A stretch of DNA of 64,000 nucleotides, from contig NC_043001.1 of the NCBI RefSeq assembly GCF_006345805.1, positions 26,288,001 through 26,352,000 of the forward strand. Reading direction: 5' to 3'. Shown here piece after piece: positions 25,549-38,587 of the stretch. This DNA is from Octopus sinensis. Lineage: Eukaryota. The notes under the pieces are model-generated. The model did not search any database and had not been told where the DNA came from. It was given only the letters and a program-made list of their open reading frames with translations. Each line of letters starts with the position of its first letter. Position 1 is the first letter of the stretch. Made by a program: the position numbers and the translations under genes.

Positions 25549-26018
25549 AAGTGACTTTATATATAAGGGAACTGTGATTATGTACATCAGAAAAAATATA
25601 TATAAGTCAAAACAATTTGTTGGCCTTTCATGATTTTTATAACTATTTATGTTATGTAATATTATCTTATGTTATATTATATTCATAGTATATAATGTAA
25701 TATTGCAATACAAATAAATTATTGGATTGTCAATAGTATATCTTTATATTTATTTTATATATATATACACATAATGGACTCACCCATTGTTAGATGACGT
25801 CTGAGGATTTGACAATTTCTTACTGAACAACCACACAGATGACTTGTTTATAGAGATCAAATGTTTGTGTAGCCATAAGCTCACTCCCTTCATCAAATCA
25901 ACATTGCCTGTACAGGTGCAACTAGGCGCCACATCTTGCAATTGTGAATGCAACACCCTAACCACTAAGCCATGTGCCTTTACACATTCACATGTTTGTG
26001 TATACACATACATATGTG

Positions 26019-26076
<58 letters not shown>

Positions 26077-26079
<3 letters not shown>

Positions 26080-26232
26080 TAAATGTGACTAGGGGGTTAG
26101 AAACACTTAAATTGCTAGAAATAAGAGCTAAAATGCTCTAATGTTGTAGTAAAAGCACATAATTGTATACATATATACTAGCTCTTATTTCTAGCAATAT
26201 AGGTGTTTCTAACACCCTAGTTCTATTTAGTG
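26077..26232. repeat. Inverted repeat with ~54-bp arms and a 48-bp spacer
   Basis: CACTAAATG...TAGAAATAAGAGCTA (26077-26130) versus TAGCTCTTATTTCTA...ATTTAGTG (26179-26232). Confidence 0.9.
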
Positions 26233-26300
26233 ACAATTATTGTTTTCCTTTTTGCATATTGCTGTCTATATTGATTATATATATATATATATATATATAT

Positions 26301-26480
26301 ACTAGCTGGTGTACCCGGTAATTCCCGGGGGGTTAAGATGTTTTATTGAAACGCCTTATTACTCTTATATAAGAAAGGAATTTCGTTATAACTGCCACAA
26401 AAGGTATTTTCCGTTATGAAAAAATACGAAAAACTGTCAGTTAGAGGAGGGAGAGATTGTTGGAGGTTGGCAAGAGAGGT
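26301..26480 (+). mobile_element. Possible Helitron/Helentron-like non-autonomous terminus
   Basis: (TA)n-ACTAGCTGGTGTACCCGG-TAATTC-CCGGG, with a subterminal hairpin. Confidence 0.4.
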
Positions 26481-26678
26481 TTTGGGAGATTGGTGAGAAA
26501 GATTGTGACGCTGATGTTGTCCAAGGGAATGGTATAGCTGATATAGGTTGGCCCCGGTATCATTTCATGACTTGCCTTCAGAACTCAGTGAGCCAGAAGA
26601 ACAACCATAAGACATCCTGTTCAATGCTCTAACGATTCCACCAATCTACTGCAATGGTAACTCTCTCTCTCTCTATAT

Positions 26679-26782
<104 letters not shown>

Positions 26783-27268
26783 ACTTGTGTAAAGTATAGT
26801 CTCTCAAAAATTTAAGAACATTATGAGTAAGGTCACTGTGTACCGAGTTTATGATCAGGTTTCAATACCCAGATGTAGCTATTATTTCACAACATCAGTT
26901 CTATTTATGCTCTTGGAAAAAAACTGCATATTTCACAATTTCTTCTCTAAAAATTTGGAGACGGCAATATGACACCACTCCACTCTGTAGCAGCTGCCTT
27001 GCTCTCAATTTTCCCAGAAATGCTGACTTATTTCAATACAATAACTCCTAGTGTCAATATTGAGTTTACACCCTTTTGTCATCTGAAGCCTCTGCAAGGA
27101 ATCATGAAGTTATTTCCAAAGATTTTTGTGGAACATTCCCAAAAGACTCTGATTTACAAATATCACTCCTATTGAACCCATCAACCTAAGTTGACTGAAC
27201 TTTATTCTCTCCAGACTTACTCAATGACACCTGTTCACATTCAGTTTCATATTACTTAATTTTACAGT

Positions 27269-27660
27269 GGAGGCGCAATGGTCCAGTGGTTAGGGCAGCG
27301 GACTCGTGGTCATACGATCGCGGTTTCGATTCCCAGACCGGGCGTTGTGAGTGTTTATTGAGCGAAAACACCTAAAAGCTCCACGAGGCTCCGGCAGGGG
27401 ATGGTGGTGATCCCTGCTGTACTCTTTCACCACAACTTTCTCTCACTCTTACTTCCTGTTTCTGTTGTACCTGTATTTCAAGGGGCCGGCCTTGTCACTC
27501 TCTGTGTCACGCTGAATATCCCCGAGAACTACGTTAAGGGTGCACGTGTCTGTGGAGTGCTCAGCCACTTACACGTTAATTTCACGAGCAGGCTGTTCCG
27601 TTGATTCGGATCAACCGGAACCCTCATCGTCGTAACCGACGGAGTGCTTCCAACCAAAAC
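27269..27660 (+). mobile_element. Full-length tRNA-derived SINE family D
   Basis: A/B boxes; 15-bp TSD ACTTAATTTTRCAGT (27254-27268, 27661-27675). Confidence 0.9.
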
Positions 27661-27845
27661 ACTTAATTTTGCAGTTTCTGTCCATACAATTATTTCTTCT
27701 ATAAGATACACCTTTGTTCCATATTCTATTCCTTTCTTTAATTAAAACAGTTTCTCTGTTCAATTCATGCTGCTTTAGCAATCTGTATAATGAGTAATAA
27801 AACTGTTCTTATAATGTTTGGAATCTATTTCTTATTTCATGCAAC

Positions 27846-28245
27846 TCTCTTTTACTCTTTTACTTGTTTCAGTCATTTGACTGTGGCCATGCTGGAGCAC
27901 TGCCTTTAGTCAAGCAAATCGACCCCATGACTTATTCTTTGTAAGCCTAGTACTTATTCTATCGGCCTCTTTTGCCGAACCGCTAAGTTATGGGGACGTA
28001 AACACACCAGCATCAGTTGTCAAGTGATGTTGGGGGTGGGGACAAACACAGACACACAAACACATACACATACATATATATACATATATACGACGGGCTT
28101 CTTTCAGTTTCCATCTACCAAATCCACTCACAAGGCTTTGGTCAGCCGAGGCTCTAGTAGAAGACTGTTGCCCAAGATGCCACGCAGTGGGACTGAACCC
28201 AGAACTATGTGGCTGATAAGCAAGCTACTTACTACACAGCCACTC
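27846..28245 (-). mobile_element. SINE family B
   Basis: Reverse complement of 11076-11460. Confidence 0.9.
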
Positions 28246-28499
28246 TACCACCTTTTGTGAAGGTATTGCATGACAATTGATGACTCTCAGAATATATCTA
28301 GTTACATATTTAGACACAGTAACAAAATCAGAGCAAAAAATATCCAGAAAATGTATGCTTTTATAAAAGGGGTTTTATTTTAAGTACTGATATACTGATA
28401 TGCACATAAATTCACAGTAGTAGGTAAGTTCCCTGCCAACACTCCATCCCACCCTTGTGTTTATAATAATTTGGTTTCAGCCTTTAACCTTTACATGAA

Positions 28500-28813
28500 A
28501 TCGATCAAAAAATCAATGGAAATTGTAGTTGTGATACCAGTGCTGGTGGCACGTAAATAGCGCATCCGGTGGCACATAAAAAGCACCGACCAATCGTGGC
28601 CATTGCCAGCCTCGCCTGGCACCTGTGTCGGTGGCACGTAAAAAGCACCCACTACACACACGGAGTGATTGGTGTTAGGAAGGGCATCAAGCTATAGAAA
28701 CACTGCCAGATCAAATTGGAGCCTGGTGCAGCCTCCTGGCTTCCCAGACTTAGTCAAACCATCCAACCCATGCTAGCAAGGAAAACGGACGTTAAACTAT
28801 GATGATGATGATG
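28500..28813 (+). mobile_element. Family A retroposon
   Basis: Three modules and a (GAT)n tail. Confidence 0.9.
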
Positions 28814-29420
28814 TATTGGATGTTGCCTTATGTGATTACTGTTCATGACTTTGCTTGCAGTTACATTTAAAAAGAATAAAAACATTTAGCTGAAATAATT
28901 CTAATCATTGCCAATACCATCGAGCAAAGCCACAGAAACATAGATATCATAGCGACATTATGTTTCTCTAACCTTTGCCTGGAACACACACAACTACTTG
29001 AGCTTTTAAATTATCACCCTTGATTGACTGATGATATATAAGCAGCATCTGATGAGAATTAGGATTACAGCCAACCAATAAAGAATTGTACATACATGGT
29101 TTGCACACATGGAAGGCATGTAAACAGAAATTCATGGGACAGCATATCATCACAGGTGCTTTTGTTTCATAGCAGAATCAAATTCTGCTTAAACAGTCAT
29201 GCTTAAAATGCATGGCACCGTTAACATATATTTGTTGACAACCTTGATATATCTATATACTGCATAATAACTTGCTGTTGTATGTGTGTGCATACATGCA
29301 TGTATTTGTATATGTGTGTGTGTGTTAATGCATGTTGCCAGAGCAAGTGTAGGTAGATAAGTTACATGTGATTTTTCTATGTGCTTTTTTTTTTAATGAA
29401 TTACAATATTCAACAATGAA

Positions 29421-29727
29421 TCATCATCATCATCATCATCATCGTTTGATGTCCGCTTTCCATGCTAGCATGGGTTGGACGATTTTGACTGAGGGCTGGC
29501 AAACCAAATAGCTGCACCAGACTCCAATCTGATCAGGCAGAGTTTCTACAGCTGGATGCCCTTCCTAACGCCAACCATTCTGAGAGTGTAGTGGGTGCTT
29601 TTAAGTGCCACCGGCATGAGGGCCAGTCAGGCAGTACTGGCAACGGCCACACTCAAATGGTGCTTTTTATGTGCCACCTGCACAGGAGCCAGTCCAGCGG
29701 CATTGGCAACGACCTCGCTCGAATGTT
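29421..29727 (-). mobile_element. Family A retroposon
   Basis: (CAT)n tail and two modules. Confidence 0.9.
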
Positions 29728-30554
29728 TTGGAAAATATTTTACTATTTACCAATCTAATAAGTCTGTCTGAGTAAAAAGTGAACGTTTACTTCCCAAAAC
29801 ATTAGAAATATTCAACAACCAATATATTATGCTGTGTCTTGAGGCAAGAAGCAAAAATTTTCTTAAATAACTATAAACAGCTATAGCTTCAAAAGAGAAT
29901 TTTCTGTAGTATTGAAACAAAATTCTTCCAAGAAAGGTAAATAATTTACTTCTGATGTCCATCAAAAGAGAATTGTTTATTCAACTTGCCTGATAAAAAC
30001 CAATTGAGTGACTAATCATGTTAACAACAATTAACATAATTTTCTAAACAAACCTCATCTTTAGAATGTATGTGTGTACTATTTACACTATGTAGCTATA
30101 TGACATTTTAATTGATTCAATCTCTGGTTCTTATCAAATGTTTTATTTCTAGTTACAACCGTGATTCCAACTGAATTTGAACTAAGAACCTTTATTTTGA
30201 AAGTAAGGCTAGAAATACTCGTATCCACTAAATCACTGGCTGTTGCACTGCCTTTTAGAAATAAAATGTTTAGTTCAAATCCAGTCTCTGGTTATATACA
30301 TATCCAGAAATAGAAAACAGAAATAAAATCAAAATATAGTCTTGATATAAATATTGTAATACATACATTTAAAAATATATATTTCTAAGACCAGAAAATC
30401 ATAATCTTAACAACAAACCAATCTCAGGCATCTAGACAGTTAAATCTGTTGCTGTAAAGTGAGAGAGTGTAAGAAATATGCATTATATCCTGATAATAGC
30501 TTTTAGTTAAATTTTGAGTTTGTTTTTTCAGTTTTTACTTAAAATAAAACTTAC

Positions 30555-30630
30555 CTGTGGTTGAATATCATTTTCAAGGCAATTAGTTCCATAGATGAGG
30601 CCAGACTCATCCATATTCAACTTGACCGAT
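30555..30630 (-). CDS. Exon of an unidentified host gene (76 nt; SVKLNMDESGLIYGTNCLENDIQPQ)
   Basis: Minus-strand acceptor TGTTATGTTTGTTATAG and consensus donor CAG|GTAAGT; only one frame is open; lies in a TE-free island. Confidence 0.7.
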
Positions 30631-31992
30631 CTATAACAAACATAACAATAATTGTTAATTCAATATAATTGCTTCCCAAACATATAATTTATGCTAAAGT
30701 TTTGAAGTTAACATCAGTAAACATATATCTAAATGGAAATCAGTTCAAAGTATAAACATTTATTTTTGCAATTCTTGATCAATTGCCAAAATAAAATGAA
30801 TGACTTGTAATATTGCTTGTAGAAACAAAAGTATATTTTGGCTACAAATCTCCTTGCAAAAAAAAATAAATAAAATAAAAAGAAAGAATAGAAAATACAT
30901 AAATGAAAATACTTAATGAAACAAAATAAAATCAAAGATTAGAGGATATAGTTAAGGTTGGAATCAAAATTATTAGTGACAGGAAGCATTTCTGAAGATA
31001 GAAAATTCCGTGTCCAAATGAATTCTATTCTGTATTTTAAAACTAAAAACACGGTGGATATGATTTTTAGTAAGTGGTTCAAGAGTTCATAAATTACATT
31101 GTTTTGTTTTCTACTTCAGTTTAATAGGTGGAAAAATATGTTCTAGGCCTCTTGGGAAAATATATCTGTGATAGACTAACATCTTCTACAGGAGTAGATT
31201 TAACTCTAACTTACTCAACAGAACCAACTTCAATGCTAAACGTTAATCTCAAAACCCAGCGATCGACATTCTCATGTGAGAAGCCTTTTCAGTGTAGTTA
31301 CTTGATCTGCTTATGTAACAGCAAAATCTCACTATTTATAGTATGAATGAGTTTAGGACAGAATACAAAGCAAAAAGATCTGTCCTATGTGACTTTGTAG
31401 TTACATTTATGTATTTTATTAACTTATTTATTTTATTGTAATTTAGTCATATAAATAACAATGGTGTTAATAACGATATCTATGAAAGAAAATGTTTTGA
31501 ATCACTAAATATCATCAGCTCAGCTCATTAGTATGTATAAAGATGCTGACTCATCTCAGTGCAGAACAGTATAAAAAAAAGATAAATAAGAATGGTGATG
31601 ATAATGGCTTCAATAAATTTACAGTATCTTTATGAGCTGATACTATTCAGTCAATATAAAGAAAATAACCTTAATTTTTTTCTTAAAAAAGATTATTCAT
31701 GAGAATCTTGCAAGCCAAATTCACTAGAGAATTAAATTAATTCCTTAATAAGTGTAAGACTATCAATAATAGACTTATCAAGCAACAACATTCAACAAGA
31801 TTATAAGTAAATGCTACTTAGCTGTTTTCCTAACAGACATCTAAATCCCTAGTAAAATGCAGTCATACTTTATATTAAGCGAGATAAAGCTATTAATATA
31901 GTCTAGGATTTACAAATATTCAAACGAAGCCGAAGCCGTAATGCAGCAAAATCATCCCAATAAATCTACAACTCAAACCTTTGCACTCTAAC

Positions 31993-32102
31993 CTGAAGTT
32001 GACTCATGTGGTGAAGCCACCAAGTGGTTGCAGTTTTGTCCTGTTTCATAGACACAATTATATGATAACAATGGGGAATCAGAAGAATCTAAATATATCA
32101 AC
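31993..32102 (-). other. Candidate alternative exon (110 nt)
   Basis: Acceptor TTATCATTATTCAG, donor CAG|GTTAGA; open frame LIYLDSSDSPLLSYNCVYETGQNCNHLVASPHESTS. Confidence 0.35.
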
Positions 32103-32139
32103 CTGAATAATGATAATAATAATAATAATAATAATAATA

Positions 32140-32181
<42 letters not shown>

Positions 32182-32277
32182 CACTAAATAAATAAATAAA
32201 AGGAGTAATATAGATCAATATAAATGTGAAGAGTGCTGTTATAGCAGCAGTCATGACAACTAAAAGATGGATAAGTG

Positions 32278-32308
<31 letters not shown>

Positions 32309-32629
32309 TTAAGTTTATCTTATATATATATATAATATATGCACACACACACACACACACACACACAGATCAGCATTAGATATAATGCAGCAGCAATAAT
32401 GTTAAAAGACTGTGGTATAGATAGTGTCACAAAAACTGCACATTAAAATAAAAATAAGCAATTTATATCACATGTTCTTGACACACTTTAAAGGTTAGCT
32501 TTCATAATTAACTTCAGTTAGAACAGCAAATAATTGTTTATTTCATGTGATAAAAGAAGACAGAAAGGGAAAAAAAGGAGAGTGAGGGTGTGTGTGCGCG
32601 CGCATGTGTATGTGTGCGCGCGCGTGTGT

Positions 32630-32667
<38 letters not shown>

Positions 32668-32747
32668 CAGAGACAGACAGAGAAAAGAGCAGGAGTCAAA
32701 AATTGAAAAGCATTCATGAGATAACTATGTAGTCTCAAATCACTGAC

Positions 32748-32821
32748 CTTTCAGAAAGGCAGCAAACAATTTTGACAAAATATATGGGAAAAGCCTTCAG
32801 TTCTTCATTGCATCTCCTCAT
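32748..32821 (-). CDS. Candidate first coding exon (MRRCNEELKAFPIYFVKIVCCLSE-R)
   Basis: ATG at 32821-32819 and donor AAG|GTCAGT; the phase-2 end joins in frame to exon 30555-30630 (AG+A). Confidence 0.45.
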
Positions 32822-32916
32822 CAACGTGTACAAGCATGTATAAGAATGTAGGCGTATGCATACATAGTTCCAAACAAACACACACATGCATGACTGTGTG
32901 TATGTGTGTGTGTGTG

Positions 32917-33003
<87 letters not shown>

Positions 33004-33562
33004 CAAAGATTTAAACATAGCAAATGAAAATGCTTAAAGTTCATTTGTGAAACAATCAATTACACAAATTAAAGTAAGATTATATAAATTGGATAAACAT
33101 AAGAAACATACATTCTGCTACTTAAATGCTTCAAAATGTCAATCAAGGAACATTTTAAATCTCAGACAATATAATGAGCAACATGCACTAAAGTCCATAT
33201 TCACACAGTGGACTTTAAACAGTAGTCTTCCCTATAAACATTGTTAAGTCTTTAAGACAAAGAGAATGGGATTTAAAAGAGCAACTTTGTAGTTATGTCA
33301 AATCAGTGAAATCCAAAAACAAGAATGTTATTGTTTTCACATAATCATCTTGAAAAGTCAATTGTAAATTAATGAAAAGTAAAATTGGTTTTACAACAGT
33401 ATGAGTGCATTTAAACAAATGGCTTAACTAACAGAGTAAATAAGGTCAACTGAATTGACAAGAAATCTATTCATTCAAAGGTATAATGCACTCCACAGTA
33501 GTATCTATCAACTATGTTCTCTTCCATTTTTGCTCTTTTCTTTAACTATACTCCTCCACCTG

Positions 33563-33795
33563 AAGGCGGCGAGCTGGCAGAATCATTAGTACGCCGGGCA
33601 AAATGCTTAGTGGTATTTCGTCTGCCGCTACGTTCTGAGTTCAAATTCCACCGAGGTCGACTTTGCCTTTCATCCTTTCGGGGTCAATAAATTAAGTACC
33701 AGTTACACACTGGGGGCAATGTAATCGACTTAATCCGTTTGTCTGTCCTTGTTTGTCCCCTCTGTGTTTAGCCCCTTGTGGGTAGTAAAGAAATA
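33563..33795 (+). mobile_element. Full-length SINE family C
   Basis: Perfect 16-bp TSD TATACTCCTCCACCTG (33547-33562, 33796-33811); central GCCTTTCATCCTTTCGGGGTC...AAGTACCAG block resembles the Nin/Deu-type SINE domain. Confidence 0.95.
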
Positions 33796-34130
33796 TATAC
33801 TCCTCCACCTGGGTTCACTGTTTATATTCTATGACACAGAGACAACCATTTACAGATGCATTCACAGTAGTTTTGTTCTAAAAGTTTTCTTTACACAAAT
33901 TTTTAAAAAAATTTTCTATCCAATCTGTTCCTTGAAACTGTCATGTGGCCATTTTCATGTTGCATGATAAGCATGAGAAATTGTAGTTGTAAAAATCATG
34001 GAATTACAGGTGGTGATCAACATCAACGTGCAACCTATTCTGGGGACTTTCAGCTTGGAGATTATGGACAACTTCCTGAAATCTCTAGCCTGGCAGTGTT
34101 ATATGTTCAGGTTAAGATCTACAGGCATAC

Positions 34131-34349
34131 TCTCTCTTTTTACTTTTTTACTTGTTTCAGTCATTTGACTGCGGCCATGCTGGAGTACTGCCTTTGGTCG
34201 AGCAAATCGACCCCGGGACTCATTCTTTGTAAGCCCAGTACTTATTCTATTGGTCTCTTTTGCCGAACCACTAAGTGACGGGGACGTAAACACACCAGCA
34301 CCGGTTGTCAAGCAATGCTAGAGGGACAAACACAGACACACAAACATAT

Positions 34350-34380
<31 letters not shown>

Positions 34381-34544
34381 CGACAGGCTTCTTTCAGTTT
34401 CCGTCTACCAAATCCACTCACAAGGCTTTGGTCGACCCGAGGCTATAGCAGAAGACACTTGCCCAAGATACAATGCAGTGGGACTGAACCCGGAACCATG
34501 TGGTTGGCTAGCAAGCTACTTACCACACAGCCACTCCTGCACCT
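34131..34544 (-). mobile_element. SINE family B
   Basis: Near full-length reverse complement of the family B consensus. Confidence 0.9.
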
Positions 34545-34569
34545 GATAGTGATATCAGCTGAATTTGTC

Positions 34570-35045
34570 TGAGATGCACAAAGTGTAATGAAACTATTCT
34601 GCATGCAGTTGTTCAACATTCAGTTATAGCTGATTTGTAGAGTTAATTATATTGAATAAATGTTGTCATGTGTTGGATGGATGTAGCTATCCAGAAAGAG
34701 CAGGCAGCTTTCCTCCGTTTAGTGGGATCAGTGAAAGAAGAGATACTTTCCTCCACAGCCAAACCCTCATCAGGTTCTTTAAGTGCCTCACAGACAGGAA
34801 GATGAGGGCAGAGAGAGGGAGAGAGGTGATGAGCAAGAGTGGCAAATCCTGGATCAGTGAGATTCCTTAATTGGCTCTGGATGGCTGTCCTCCTATTGGG
34901 ATATCTTATTTTATTCTTTTTGCAAAGTGCTGATTTCCATGTGTTTTTTTATCATGGTTAATTCTGCATAAAGCCTCATCATTTTATAATTTGTCAGTCA
35001 CTGCGATAGCCCTCATCCTTCACGTTTATAGCAAATAATAACATT
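34570..35045 (+). mobile_element. L1/Tx1-like LINE 3' fragment
   Basis: DTFLHSQTLIRFFKCLTDRKMRAER, similar to the NLINFFKFHLK end of the 20.7-21.5 kb relic. Confidence 0.55.
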
Positions 35046-35312
35046 ATTTGTTTGTTATTGTTCTTATTTTATGTCCATTGTCTGGAAATCTTTTTTGTCA
35101 CACACCTGTAACCTCTTCAGCGACCCTCCACCCCACATGTTTCCTACTGTTCTGTTTAGTCTATGTAGACAGAGAGAAGGTCAACAGAATGAAAGATAGC
35201 AAGATCACAAACCCCAACACTAGAACCAGCGACAACACCACCCCTAGCTGGAGTAACAGTAAGGACAACAATAACATGAATAACATCATTATTATTATTA
35301 TTATTATTATTA

Positions 35313-35510
35313 TTGTGGCAAGCTGTCAGAATCGTTAGCACACTGGACAAAATGTTTAGCAGTATTTCATCCATTGCTACATTCTGAGTTCAAAATTCCG
35401 CTGAGATCTACTTTGCTTTTCATCCTTTTGGGGTCGGTAAATTAAGTACCAGTGAAACACTGGGGGTCGATGTAATCAACATATCCCCTCCCCAAAATGA
35501 CTTCAAACCA
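35313..35510 (+). mobile_element. SINE family C in an (ATT)n tract
   Basis: GGCAAGCTGTCAGAATCGTTAGCAC...TCTGAGTTCAAAATTCCG...AAGTACCAG. Confidence 0.85.
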
Positions 35511-36424
35511 TTATTATTATTATTATTATTAATATTGTAATTTTAGGTATTTTTAGATTTATTTTTCACTAATAACAATTATATTGACCTTATATCAATG
35601 TTGGAGCTACTAGGTCAGTCACCAGCAATCGTTATATGTATTGCTTTTTTGATTTTTCTAGTTTTCCAGTGTGGTTATTTGTTCTTTATGGAAATTTCCT
35701 TCCATAGCAGCATATGATTTTATTTCTCATACCACATATATTTAACCATTTCCTGATTTTTATGTTTTTTCTCTCATTAAGGCTTTCTGATATTCTACTA
35801 TTCTGACCTTTAGGAGTCACATAATTTCTCTTTGACAAATATTCTAGATACATTTCTTATATCCTTTGTTACTCTTGGTGACATTACTGAAAGATAAATT
35901 TAATTAACCATTGCCCTTAATTTGGAAATAAAGAATAATAATTTGGGGCTGGTGTGGGCCCATGTATACTCATGTATACTTGTGACACCAACTGACAATG
36001 AGAGATGAAAATGAACTAGAAACCATTATTTCTAAACTAAAAGTAATAGTTACCCTTATAAGGGTTCCTAGCTTAAATTGTCTGAGACAATGCACTAATC
36101 TAGAAATAAAATACTGGAAGAGATATCTGATCAAAATAATAAATACTATAGGACATACACTCCTTAGAGGTTAATTAGACATAAAATTAAAGACATCAGT
36201 GCTTTTCATTTCTAATTAAAGGTTTCTAATTTGACTCCAGCTTGTGATGAATGGATATATTCTGGAATAAAGAATCTAATGATGATTGGAGATTGAACCA
36301 ATTGAATTAGTGTAAATATAAATAGATATTCTTGGAAAATATCACTTGAATAACAAATATTAAATATTAGGCATTTTGACACAAAGTCAATTTTTGTAGA
36401 GCAATAAAATAGTAAATAGAATTA

Positions 36425-36897
36425 CTGGAACCCAGCAGTTGCCAGTGCTGCCGGACTGACTCCTGTGCAGGTGGCAAGTAAAGAAACACCATTTTGACCC
36501 TGTGCTTTAGGAGACCTATTGAGTCAAGTACATCAACATCAAAAATCATTGGAAATTGTAGTTGTGATCCCTGTGCTGGTGGCACATAAAAAGCACCATC
36601 TGAACGTGGCCGATGCCAGCGCTGCCTTGACTGGCTTCCGTGCCGGTGGCATGTAAAAGGCACCAACCGATTGTGGCCGTTGCCAGCCTCGCCTGGCATC
36701 TGTGCCGGTGGCACATAAAAAGCACCCACTACACTCACAGAGTGGTTGGTGTTAGGAAGGGCATCCAGCTGTAGAAACACTGCCAGATCAGACTGGAGCC
36801 TGGTGCAGCCTTCTGGCTTCCCAGACCCCAGTCGAACTGTCCAACCCATGCTAGCATGGAAAACAGACTTTAAACGATGATGATGATGATGATGATG
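36425..36897 (+). mobile_element. Family A retroposon, long copy (four modules)
   Basis: Modules at ~36464, 36572, 36639 and 36701; (GAT)n tail. Confidence 0.9.
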
Positions 36898-37420
36898 AAT
36901 TAATTCCAGGTAAAGTGAAGTGAACTTAGGCAGGATTGGAACTAAATTGGAATGAAAAAAAAAAGAAGAAAATTTAATACTTTTGGTTCAATCCTTATGT
37001 TCTTGAACTAAGTATAGGAAGCTCATGTGTGCATGAGGGATCAATGGATGTGTTCAAACTAAGTAGTCTTAACTAATCGAAAGAAATATTTACAGAATTC
37101 CATTATTTTACATATCAACTAGCCATAAGTTTGCTCCCCAACCAAAAAAGTAATGTTTCTGTTTATTTTTTATTATCAAGTAACAAAGTCACTGTTTCAA
37201 AACAAAAATGTAATTATGTATTTTTGGACATACAAGTCAAATGTCTGAAACCAAAATTTACAGCCCCCAAAAAATGATAAATCAGTCAACTTATGCATGA
37301 AGATGACTTAGGAGGACCAAAAATTCTATGTGAAATGCAGCAGGATTTGGAAAGACAGTGACAATGTTTGAATGTTTCCATTATGTACTACAACAACTTG
37401 TATACTGGAAAATAGGTATA

Positions 37421-37816
37421 AGGCGCAGGAGTGACCATGTGGTAAGTAGCTTGCTTACCAACTACATGGTTCCGGGTTCATTCCTACTGTGTGACACCTT
37501 TAGCAAGTGTCTTCTACTAGAGCCTCGGGCTGACCAAAGCCTTGTGAGTGGATTTGGTAGACGGAAACTGAAAGAAGCCCGTCGTATATATATATGTGTG
37601 TGTGTGTGTGTTTATGCGTTTGTCCCCCCAACATCGCTTGACAACCGATGGTAGTGTGTTTATGTCCCCATAACTTAGCGGTTCGGCAAAAGAGACCGAT
37701 AGAATAAGTACTAGGCTTACAAAGAATAAGTCCTGGGGTCGATTTGCTCAACTAAGGGCGGTGCTCCAGCATGGCCACAGTCAAATGACTGAAACAAGTA
37801 AAAGAGTAAAAAGAAT
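37421..37816 (+). mobile_element. Full-length SINE family B
   Basis: From AGGCGCAGGAGTG to GAAACAAGTAAAAGAGTAAAAGAA. Confidence 0.9.
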
Positions 37817-38365
37817 AAAAAATACTTTTTTTTTTTTAAATAAAAGCATACTTAAGAATTGCAAAACTTTAAAAAATGTTATATTATAAAAGATATATAC
37901 AACTTGTTTTGTATTTAGCTTAATGAAGTTTGGTTTTATAAGTTTTTAAGTGCTAAGTTATTACTAAAGATTTTTATCACTAGCAAATGATAAATACCAT
38001 TACATATTTACATAATACTTTAATCATTTTAAAAATAATAAATGACTTAAAAAAAACAAATTCTGCTATTCTATAAATCTGAATTTGGAAGATTTTGATT
38101 TTGCATCATTTTATCTCAGCTTCATTAATCTGAAACATACCGCTTGAGAATTTATAAAGATGAAAATAACTACAGGGCATGTAAAGTTGTTTAAATGAAG
38201 TTCAATTTTAATAGGCTTACTGAAGTATTTATGTCTTTATGTCAAAATATGTTTCAAGCAAAAATATTAAATATTAGAAATGAATAAAGTCTAGCAAGAA
38301 TAGGTATAAATCATCATCATCATCATCTTCGTTTTATATCTACTTTCCCAAATGATATGAGTTAA

Positions 38366-38587
38366 CCCTTTTGTTACTAACCCGGCCAAAAACGGCTCTG
38401 GCTCTGTGGTAAAATGTCTTGTTTTGATATAAGTTTTGAATTAAAATCTTCCACCAAACCTTAGTCACAATTTACGTTCTTAACACTAGCTTAATGATAA
38501 TTAAGTTATTTTAGTAAATTCTTTGTTATATTTAAAATAATTGAAAGAAACACAGAGCATCTCAAAATAAATACAGAATCAAAAGGG
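38366..38587. mobile_element. piggyBac-like MITE, family 1
   Basis: TTAA TSDs, CCCTTT/AAAGGG ends; homologous to 24179-24397. Confidence 0.9.

Noticed and set aside
27269-27345. tRNA gene
   Set aside because: A/B boxes are present but continue into a SINE body with TSDs; all tRNA-like sequences here are SINE heads.
28973-29048. Possible next minus-strand exon (MLLIYHQSIKGDNLKAQVVVCVPGK)
   Set aside because: Phase-compatible with the 30555 exon, but the donor is weak and there is no independent support.
36670-36726. HDV-like ribozyme in the family A module (CCAGCCTCGCCTGGC)
   Set aside because: The resemblance to P2/P3/L3 is superficial; no 7-bp P1 and no J4/2 catalytic C can be built.
36460-36730. 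CRISPR-like repeat-spacer array
   Set aside because: The 'spacers' are similar to each other, the modules lie inside a dispersed retroposon, the DNA is eukaryotic, and no cas genes are present.
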